From Ignavibacteriales bacterium (lineage in GTDB: Bacteria > Bacillota > Sulfobacillia > JABLXB01): 64,000 nt of DNA. The notes beneath the pieces are model-generated. The model was not told the DNA's origin, ran no database searches, and saw only the letters and a program-made list of their open reading frames with translations. Positions 57,327 to 64,000 of this stretch are shown one piece after another (positions within the stretch are counted from its first letter, which is position 1; each line of letters opens with the position of its first letter). The stretch is from the NCBI GenBank assembly GCA_050260105.1, contig JBLNBR010000021.1:46245-110244 (forward strand), in the 5' to 3' direction. The translations under genes were made by a program, and so were the position numbers.

Positions 57327-58664
57327 CTAGGCCACCTTGAACCCCGCTGCTTCGAACAACGCCCTGCAGGGCGCCCACGTCCTTCCCTCAATTATGACCG
57401 GACTGACGTCCTCAAACTGGACGTTCTTGCCGTTCACTATCAGAGCGACGGGTGACCACGCCTCCAACTCCCCGCCGGTTCCCCCGACGATCAGGCCCCT
57501 CCGTCCTCCCACAGGTCCCGACCCAACCCGCCACGGGATCTCGTTTCTCCACAACTCCTCGCCCGTGACCGCTGAGAGTACGTAGATCGCGTCCGGGCCC
57601 GGCACTTCGAAATACGTGCCTGTGTACAGCCTCCCGCCGGACACCACAGGGGGCCTGACCAGGGCATCGTGCTGATAGGTACGCTTTCCTGACTCCCTCG
57701 TGACGACGGGGGCCTTCCACTGCCATCTTATGGCGCCCGTTTCGAGGTCCACCGCGTACAGCCACCCCGTGTTGCCCGCGTAGATGGTGTCGCCGGATAC
57801 CGCCGGGCCCGACCACTGGTTGCTTGCCCCCCTTACCGGTCCCCACAGCACCGTCCCCGATTGCGCGTCGAGCGCGTACAGGCCGCCCGTCTTGAACCCC
57901 GTCGCCGCGACGACCACCCTCCCGCCGCTGAAAACCACGCTGTTCCCGAGCCAGCCCTGCAGGGGGGTTTTCCACTTGACAGCGCCCGTGGCCTCGTCCA
58001 GCGCGTAGACTGCCCCACCGCCCTCCCCCGTTCCGAGGGCGGCCACGAACACGAGCCCCCCGCCCACCGCAGGCGAGGCGGAGATCAGGTCTCCCGGAAT
58101 CACGAAATCCCACAGGAGTCGCCCATCAGCCAGGGAGAGGCTGCATATCCGGCCGTCATACGCGGCTACAACCGCCCGCCCGCCGGCCACCGCTGTTGAA
58201 GAGGTAACGGACAGCCCCGCCCGGAACCTCCACTTCTCCACTCCCGACTCCCGGTCAATCCCGAACACGTAGCCGTCGGCGGCGGCAGTCACGACCACGC
58301 CCTCTCCCACGGCCGGCCCGGAGCGTATCCTGGCGCCGTTCTCGGGCTCAAATCGCCAGCGCTGCACGCCTGTGTCCAGGTCAAGCGCGTACACGCACCC
58401 ATCGTCACAGCCCACGTACAGGCAATCGCCGGAAATCGCCGCCGGCGAGTGCGCCGCCCCCGGCAATACCGTGCCCCACCTGCGGTACAGAGCCAGCCCA
58501 TACGGGCCGTCCGCCTCGTGGGTCCTGGCCGCCCCGCCACCATACTGATCCCATCCGGCGTCCATGGCGACAACCACGTGAGGAAGCGCGGCCGGTATGA
58601 ACATCCCCAAAACGATCCCCGCCGCGATCCCCGCCAGGGTCTCGCGCCGCAACATCCCTCGCAT
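57327..58664 (-). CDS. secreted PQQ-like beta-propeller repeat protein with C-terminal copper-amine-oxidase-N1-type stalk domain (terminated by in-frame TAG)
   Basis: N-terminal TM/signal, then repeated …DGxVYALDxxTGxxxW… propeller blades. The C-terminus VALIVNGKNVQFEDVSPVIIEGRTWAPCRALFEAAGFKVA* stops exactly at the conserved Trp position of the stalk domain. Confidence 0.75.
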   Translation of the reverse strand: MRGMLRRETLAGIAAGIVLGMFIPAALPHVVVAMDAGWDQYGGGAARTHEADGPYGLALYRRWGTVLPGAAHSPAAISGDCLYVGCDDGCVYALDLDTGVQRWRFEPENGARIRSGPAVGEGVVVTAAADGYVFGIDRESGVEKWRFRAGLSVTSSTAVAGGRAVVAAYDGRICSLSLADGRLLWDFVIPGDLISASPAVGGGLVFVAALGTGEGGGAVYALDEATGAVKWKTPLQGWLGNSVVFSGGRVVVAATGFKTGGLYALDAQSGTVLWGPVRGASNQWSGPAVSGDTIYAGNTGWLYAVDLETGAIRWQWKAPVVTRESGKRTYQHDALVRPPVVSGGRLYTGTYFEVPGPDAIYVLSAVTGEELWRNEIPWRVGSGPVGGRRGLIVGGTGGELEAWSPVALIVNGKNVQFEDVSPVIIEGRTWAPCRALFEAAGFKVA

Positions 58665-58726
58665 GTGTATACCTCCGTCTCAACGCCAGGTTTCGTCACA
58701 TACAATGTGTCGAGGAGGGGATTCGG

Positions 58727-59326
58727 ATGCCGCATGTTCCCCAATACCTGGCGCAGTATGTGGGTCAGGCGCGTATCACCATCGACGTCTCGTCAATCAC
58801 CCTCGCCCTTCAGGTCAACGGCCGTCACCACGCGACTTATCCCTGCGCGGTCGGCAAGCCCAGCACCCCGTCACCGATCGGTTCTTGGCAGATAGCCATC
58901 AAGACCGTGAACCCGTCGTGGGAGGTCCTCGGAACCCGTTGGATGGGCCTCAACGTCCCATGGGGCAACTACGGGATCCACGGCACCAACGCCCCCTGGT
59001 CCATAGGGAGACAGATATCTAACGGTTGCATACGCATGTACAACGAGAACGCCGAAGAGGTATTCGACCTGGTGGCCATAGGAACGCCGGTGGATATCAC
59101 CGGTTCCTACGGCGCCTCCTCCGGCGCCCTGAGGCTCGGCGCCACCGGCCAGGCCGTGGTGGAACTGCAGAACCGGCTCATCGCCCTCGGGTACCTCACC
59201 GGCTTCGCAGACGGTGTCTTCGGCCCTACCACGGACACCGCCCTCAAACGCTTCCAGGTTCACAACGGCCTTGCGCCGGACGGGATCGCGGGACCGTTGA
59301 CCCGAAGGGCCCTGGGCATGTGGTAG
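58727..59326 (+). CDS. L,D-transpeptidase (YkuD domain) with C-terminal PG_binding_1 domain
   Basis: Catalytic HGT…SNGCIRM motif and a C-terminal peptidoglycan-binding repeat. RBS GAGGAGGGG. Confidence 0.85.
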   Translation: MPHVPQYLAQYVGQARITIDVSSITLALQVNGRHHATYPCAVGKPSTPSPIGSWQIAIKTVNPSWEVLGTRWMGLNVPWGNYGIHGTNAPWSIGRQISNGCIRMYNENAEEVFDLVAIGTPVDITGSYGASSGALRLGATGQAVVELQNRLIALGYLTGFADGVFGPTTDTALKRFQVHNGLAPDGIAGPLTRRALGMW

Positions 59327-59332
59327 GGCGGC

Positions 59333-61609
59333 TCACACGCCGTCCTGGCCGAAAATGCGCTGGTATTCCTGGAATGTCAGGCGTACCTCGCGGGGCTTCG
59401 AACCCTCGTACGGGCCGACGAAACCCCTCTCCTCCATCGCGTCTATGAGCCTTGCGGCGCGGGCGTAGCCTATCGGCAGTTTTCGCTGCAGAAGGGACAC
59501 GGACGCCTGGCCCGCCTCAACGACGATCTTGACTGCCTGCGGGAAGAGATCGTCGGCCCCTTCCTGCCGGTTGCCCGATTCCTGCTCCGGCTCGGTCACT
59601 ATCTCCTCGTACCTCGGTCCGCCCTGCTCCCGCACGAAGTTTACCACTCGCTCGACCTCGCGCTCGTTTATGTAGGCCCCCTGCGCGCGCACCGCCTTTG
59701 TGGCGCCCACGGGGAAGAACAGCATGTCCCCTTTGCCCACGAGCTTCTCAGCGCCGGCCGCGTCGAGTATGGTCCTCGAATCTATCTGGCTCGAAACGGT
59801 GAACGCTATCCTCGACGGGATGTTGGCCTTGATTGTGCCCGTCACCACGTCGACGGAAGGCCTCTGCGTGGCCACCACGAGGTGTATCCCCGACGCGCGG
59901 GCCATCTGGGCGAGCCTGAATATGGCGTCCTCCACGTCCACGGGCGCGACCATCATGAGGTCACTCAGCTCGTCTATCACGACAACGATGAAAGGCAGCC
60001 GCTCCTCCCCGAGCGCCGCGGCCGCCTGATTATACTTGGCGATGTCCCTGACGCCCGCGCTGACGAACGTCTGGTACCGCTTCTCCATTTCCCTCACGAC
60101 CCACCGGAGGGCGCCCGCCGCCTTCTTCGGGTCGGTAACGACGGGGGCAACCAGGTGGGGTATCCCGTCGTACACGCTGAGTTCCACCATCTTGGGGTCA
60201 ACGAGAAGCATCTTGACCTCATCCGGCTTGGACTTGAACAGGATGCTGGTGATTATGGAGTTGATGCACACGCTCTTGCCGGAACCCGTGGCCCCCGCGA
60301 TGAGCACGTGGAGCATCTTCTCGAGCGTGGAGACTATGGGTCTCCCGGCGATGTCCTTGCCCAGGGCCACCGTCAGGTTGGAGGGTGACTCCTTGAATTC
60401 CTTCGTGTCGAGCACATCCCTGAGGTGGACCAGGGTGACTTCTGTGTTGGGGACCTCGATCCCCACCGCCGATTTCCCGGGAATCGGGGCCTCTATCCTC
60501 ACGTCCTGGGCCGCCAGGTTCAGCGCTATGTCGTTGGCAAGGCTGGTGATGCTGGCAACCTTGACACCGGGGCCCGGCTGGAGTTCGAATCTGGTCACGG
60601 CGGGACCGCGGCTCACCTGAACTACCTTCGCTTGCACCCCGAAGCTCTGGAGGGTCTCTTCAAGGGTCTTCGCCCTGTCCTCGATGTCCCTGTCCGGCCT
60701 CAAGGCTTTCGGCCTTCCCTGCTGCCTGTCCAGGAGCGAAAGCGGCGGGATCTCATAGGGGCCGTGCGTGCTGAGGGTCAATTGCTCGGGCGCAGCCGCG
60801 CCACCCTCGCCCCCGGTCGCCCTTGCCTGCCTGGACGCCCTCCTCGATGCCCTTGACAGCGGGATAACGACTCCGGCGCCGTCTCCAGGACGCGTCTCCG
60901 CCGCCGCATCCACACAGGGGGGTTGGCCGCCACCGGTCTGCACGGCCGCCGGGGCCACTGCCGGAGCCTTCTCAACCGCATCACCCACGGTGCACGCCGC
61001 TTCGCCCTCATCAGACAGGTCCGCCGCTTCGTAGAAGAAATCCTCCATGGACCGCTTCAAAGAGGTGACGCACAACCTGATCCCCTTCACCACGGCCCCC
61101 GCGATCTTCCCCGGCGACGCGTTGGCCACCAGGCTCACCGCGACGACCCCCGCAATAACGGCGGCGACCCACAGCCCCGACTGCCCGAAGCCCTTCCTCA
61201 GCAGGACCGCGAGAACCGCACCGATCACGCCGCCGCCGTACCCCCTTCCAGCGTTCACGTACTCCGTCCCAGGCTCGATCGAGGAGTGAAGCACCAGGGC
61301 CGCGTCCAGAACGGCGACGATCGCGCCCGCCGTCCTCGGGGTAAACGGCGGCAACCTCCTGCGGACCATGATGAATACACCCAGAGCCGCCGGGCCCGCG
61401 GGGATGAGCGGGGCCATGTCCCCAAGCAGGACCCTGCACGACCTCACGAGGGCATCGCTCACGATGCCGCTGGCCTCGCCCAGAAACGACATTACCAGCA
61501 ACACACCGAGGCCGACCAGGGCCAGCCCGGCGGCCTCGTATTTCAAATCCCGCTGTACCTTCCCAAGGAATTCGCGCAACGGCGCCACCTCACGAGAAGC
61601 CCGGCTCAT
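59333..61609 (-). CDS. ftsK: DNA translocase FtsK/SpoIIIE
   Basis: Four N-terminal TM helices, a long Pro/Ala linker, motor domain (Walker A GATGSGKS) and a gamma wHTH. Convergent with ldt with only a 6-nt gap. Confidence 0.9.
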   Translation of the reverse strand: MSRASREVAPLREFLGKVQRDLKYEAAGLALVGLGVLLVMSFLGEASGIVSDALVRSCRVLLGDMAPLIPAGPAALGVFIMVRRRLPPFTPRTAGAIVAVLDAALVLHSSIEPGTEYVNAGRGYGGGVIGAVLAVLLRKGFGQSGLWVAAVIAGVVAVSLVANASPGKIAGAVVKGIRLCVTSLKRSMEDFFYEAADLSDEGEAACTVGDAVEKAPAVAPAAVQTGGGQPPCVDAAAETRPGDGAGVVIPLSRASRRASRQARATGGEGGAAAPEQLTLSTHGPYEIPPLSLLDRQQGRPKALRPDRDIEDRAKTLEETLQSFGVQAKVVQVSRGPAVTRFELQPGPGVKVASITSLANDIALNLAAQDVRIEAPIPGKSAVGIEVPNTEVTLVHLRDVLDTKEFKESPSNLTVALGKDIAGRPIVSTLEKMLHVLIAGATGSGKSVCINSIITSILFKSKPDEVKMLLVDPKMVELSVYDGIPHLVAPVVTDPKKAAGALRWVVREMEKRYQTFVSAGVRDIAKYNQAAAALGEERLPFIVVVIDELSDLMMVAPVDVEDAIFRLAQMARASGIHLVVATQRPSVDVVTGTIKANIPSRIAFTVSSQIDSRTILDAAGAEKLVGKGDMLFFPVGATKAVRAQGAYINEREVERVVNFVREQGGPRYEEIVTEPEQESGNRQEGADDLFPQAVKIVVEAGQASVSLLQRKLPIGYARAARLIDAMEERGFVGPYEGSKPREVRLTFQEYQRIFGQDGV

Positions 61610-61670
61610 CCGCGCCTTACGCTGGCGCTTACCATCTACCGGGTTCGCCACGCGGGGGTGAACTCCTCCC

Positions 61671-62519
61671 TCACCTGGCATACATTCCCATCCACAGCGC
61701 GACCGCCCCCGCCGCCCAGCAGTAGTACGCGAAGGATTTCAGCCCGCCCTTCCGCAGCAGGCCGATCAGGTACCGGAGGGCGACGGTGCCCGATACGAAC
61801 GCCACGATCGCCACGATCGCGAGCGCGGCAAGCGGCGCTTCCTCCGTTCCGGCGGCCCCGGTGATATCCACGGCTGCGTTCAGGTAATCCCGCACGCCGA
61901 GGAGGGCGGCGCCGGCGGTCGCGGGGATCGAGAGGAGGAACGAGAAGCGCGCCGCCTCCTCGCCGCGTAACCCCGAGGCCAGACCCGCGGAGATGGTCAT
62001 GCCGGATCGGGACACACCGGGCGCGATGGCCAGGGCCTGCGACACGCCCACGATAAATGCCCTCCCCGGGCCCATCTCACTCGTGGAAAGCCCCCTCGCC
62101 TGCCGCCTCCCCCCACTTCCCCGTCCGGACACGAACAGCACGAAACCGGTGAGGAGCAGCCCCAGGCCGGCGAACACGGGGCTCTCGAACATCCTTTCGA
62201 ACGCGTCTTTCCACACGATGCCGGCCACCCCAGCCGGGATTGAGCCCAACAGCACGAAGGCAGCCGCCCTGAACCCGGGGCGCCGCCTCCCCCCGGCGCT
62301 GACAAGGCCCGACAGGAAACCCACGGCAAGGCTTATCGCATCCCCGCCGTATACTGTCAGGACGGCCGCGAGCGTGCCGAGGTGAGCCGCGACCTCGATC
62401 CCTATTCCCGCGGAATGCAGGTTGAAGAGACCCTGCGCGATCACGAGGTGGCCCGAACTCGACACGGGGAGGAACTCGGTGATCCCCTGCACGAGTCCAA
62501 GGACAATCCAGCTGATCAA
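61671..62519 (-). CDS. uppP: undecaprenyl-diphosphatase
   Basis: BacA N-terminus [27 protein letters not shown] start 10 nt after RBS AAGGAGG. The ORF track 5' extension is junk. Confidence 0.85.
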   Translation of the reverse strand: MISWIVLGLVQGITEFLPVSSSGHLVIAQGLFNLHSAGIGIEVAAHLGTLAAVLTVYGGDAISLAVGFLSGLVSAGGRRRPGFRAAAFVLLGSIPAGVAGIVWKDAFERMFESPVFAGLGLLLTGFVLFVSGRGSGGRRQARGLSTSEMGPGRAFIVGVSQALAIAPGVSRSGMTISAGLASGLRGEEAARFSFLLSIPATAGAALLGVRDYLNAAVDITGAAGTEEAPLAALAIVAIVAFVSGTVALRYLIGLLRKGGLKSFAYYCWAAGAVALWMGMYAR

Positions 62520-62577
62520 CGATCCCCTGCCTCCTTTTCCAACGACCTGTGGTTCGACGGAGGAGGCCGCCGACCCT

Positions 62578-63531
62578 TCAGTCGCGCGGGCCGGGAACCG
62601 CCCTTTCGACGGCGGACGCGACGGCGTCGACAAACGGGAGCGCCAGCAGGGTCCCCACCACGTTGAACAGGGAGTGCGCATTAGCCAGCTGTGAGGCGAT
62701 GGAGGCGCTCGTGCAGGACACAACCGCCACGAACGGCTGGAGCAGGGCCATGAACAGGCCGGCACAGGCCGAATTGAACAGGAGGTGGGCGGCCGCCGCC
62801 CGCCTGGCGTACACGGTCGACCAGGCGCCGGCGATGATCGCCGTCACGCAGGTACCCATGTTGGCGCCGATGATGACGGGCACCGCCCCCGCCAGGTCGA
62901 GGCGGCCGTTCGTACACGCGGAGATCGTTGCCGCTATGGTGACGCTGGACGACTGGACGGCGGCGCTGATCGCGGCCCCACCGATCAGGCCGAGAATGGG
63001 GCGCCGGCCGAGTACGCGAGCGACTGCGGCGAATCGCTCCCCCGACGCGAGGGGACCGGTCGCGCCGCCTATCAGGCGCAGCCCCAGGAACAACAGGCCG
63101 ACCCCCACGGTTGTCCAACCCACACGCCGGATGGTCACGGCGCGGGCCGGCCGGCCCCTCGCCAACAACAAAACAAACAGGCCCGCCAGCACCACCGCCT
63201 GGGCGTGGCGGTGCACGCTGAAGGCGAGCATCTGGACGGTCACTGTGGCGCCGATGTTCGCTCCCAGGATCAGTCCGATCGCCTCGCGAAGGGATATCGC
63301 CCGGGCCCCGGCCAGGGCCACGATGAGGGTCGTGGTCACCCCTGACGACTGGACCAGGCCGGTGACCGCCCCTCCCAGGATCACGCCCCGGCCTGGAGTG
63401 CCCGCGAGGAACCGCAACGCCCCGCGCAGTCCCGTCTCGGCCAACCCCTCCAGTCCTGAGCGGACTATCCGGACGCCTGCGAGAAACAGCCCGAATCCGG
63501 CGCCGAGCCGGCACACGATCGCGACGTACAC
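62578..63531 (-). CDS. Na+/phosphate cotransporter family protein (NptA-like, transporter domain only)
   Basis: Duplicated GANIGTTVT / GANMGTCVT motifs, 317 aa. Confidence 0.8.
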   Translation of the reverse strand: MYVAIVCRLGAGFGLFLAGVRIVRSGLEGLAETGLRGALRFLAGTPGRGVILGGAVTGLVQSSGVTTTLIVALAGARAISLREAIGLILGANIGATVTVQMLAFSVHRHAQAVVLAGLFVLLLARGRPARAVTIRRVGWTTVGVGLLFLGLRLIGGATGPLASGERFAAVARVLGRRPILGLIGGAAISAAVQSSSVTIAATISACTNGRLDLAGAVPVIIGANMGTCVTAIIAGAWSTVYARRAAAAHLLFNSACAGLFMALLQPFVAVVSCTSASIASQLANAHSLFNVVGTLLALPFVDAVASAVERAVPGPRD

Positions 63532-63620
63532 AGGAGTATCCCCTCCGCGCCCGCGTAGTACGACTGGCGGCCCAACGGCGCACCCAAGTAATGCTATATC
63601 GCGCGGCGCGGTTTATGCCG

Positions 63621-63839
63621 TCAGGAGGCCCCTCCCCAGAGGCTGACGAGGCTTCCAGGCTGCGTCGCGGGGTCCAGGAAATCCTGGGGGTCCGTGGAGA
63701 TCACCCGAACCACCCGCCCCTCGGTCGGCGACACGGGTTCCACCTGGATGATCCTGCCTCGCACCCTGATCTCGATGGTCCGGCGCTTCTCGTCCTGCTG
63801 CATGACCTCTTCAACGGGCATCACCGTGTAAAGGATCAA
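63621..63839 (-). CDS. ylzJ: YlzJ-like small protein
   Basis: MILYTVMPVEEV… N-terminus typical of the YlzJ family. The position relative to tepA (upstream) and ftsK (downstream, two genes further on) resembles the B. subtilis tepA-ylzJ-spoIIIE order. TTG start overlaps the tepA stop (TTGA). Confidence 0.55.
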   Translation of the reverse strand: MILYTVMPVEEVMQQDEKRRTIEIRVRGRIIQVEPVSPTEGRVVRVISTDPQDFLDPATQPGSLVSLWGGAS

Positions 63840-64000
63840 TGGCTCAGGCTGACCCCCTCTCGCCCGGCGGCCAACTGCCTCACCTTGGCGACGGCCGCGG
63901 AGATACCTCCCACCTCGTCGATCAGCCCCACGCTCACGGCGTCGCGCCCAACGAGGACGGTCCCGATGTCGCGCGCGAGTTCGCCCGTCCTGAACATCAG
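63836..64000 (-). CDS. tepA: ClpP/SppA-like translocation-enhancing protein TepA, 3' end (5' outside window)
   Basis: Frame translation …ELARDIGTVLVGRDAVSVGLIDEVGGISAAV… matches the C-terminus of the ClpP/TepA family. Confidence 0.5.
   Translation of the reverse strand: MMFRTGELARDIGTVLVGRDAVSVGLIDEVGGISAAVAKVRQLAAGREGVSLSH

Noticed and set aside
62549-63646. Plus-strand 365-aa ORF and the 62681..63583 minus-strand alternative frame
   Set aside because: Both overlap the Na/Pi cotransporter gene, whose frame has clear transporter motifs. These are Arg/Pro-rich shadow frames.
1-64000. CRISPR arrays, tRNA/rRNA genes, transposases, integrases, prophage or toxin-antitoxin/defence loci
   Set aside because: I found no short direct-repeat arrays, no tRNA-like T-loop or cloverleaf segments, and no recombinase or defence-domain proteins in any frame. 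The window reads as core chromosome.

Overview
This is a 64-kb chromosomal core segment of a high-GC (about 65-68%) endospore-forming Firmicute. Gene content (spoIIP, spoVS, ylzJ, mrfAB, and a recA-recX-rny-ymdB-spoVS block with Bacillus-like synteny) suggests a Symbiobacterium/Limnochordia-like organism. Most genes lie on the minus strand and are packed with 4-nt overlaps or gaps of only a few nt. Order along the window: metY (5' partial); a small membrane ORF and an ABC-2 permease relic; hfq-miaA-mutL-mutS (minus); a five-gene liv-type branched-chain amino-acid ABC transporter operon (plus); miaB, co-oriented with a novel Gly-rich tandem-repeat protein; ttcA; two hypotheticals (one MerR-HTH plus coiled coil); spoIIP; a small coiled-coil ORF; PHP phosphoesterase and amidohydrolase; spoVS-ymdB-hypothetical-rny-recX-recA-thpR-cinA; a short-form FtsH-like protease with an upstream membrane partner; rimO; a cluster of N-acyl/N-carbamoyl amino-acid hydrolases (M20D, AmaB-like, D-aminoacylase, M20 ArgE-like) with a YfcC transporter; glcT antiterminator followed by a PTS split into separate EIIC, EIIB and EIIA genes; a PG-binding amidase and a GH18 hydrolase; mrfA-mrfB; polysaccharide deacetylase; DD-carboxypeptidase; rodZ; asnS immediately preceded by a sigma54 PrpR-type activator; a Cof HAD hydrolase; NlpC/P60; cobO-M20-PQQ propeller (the propeller gene is broken by an in-frame TAG); an L,D-transpeptidase; and ftsK-uppP-Na/Pi transporter-ylzJ-tepA (3' partial). 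I saw no rRNA, tRNA, CRISPR array, transposase, integrase or recognisable phage-defence gene, and no single obviously novel multi-gene system. The best candidates for something undescribed are the Gly-rich repeat protein upstream of miaB, the membrane protein plus short FtsH-like pair, the hypothetical inserted into the rny-ymdB block, and the HTH/coiled-coil plus hypothetical pair next to spoIIP. Start codons are often GTG/TTG and several N-termini are uncertain.
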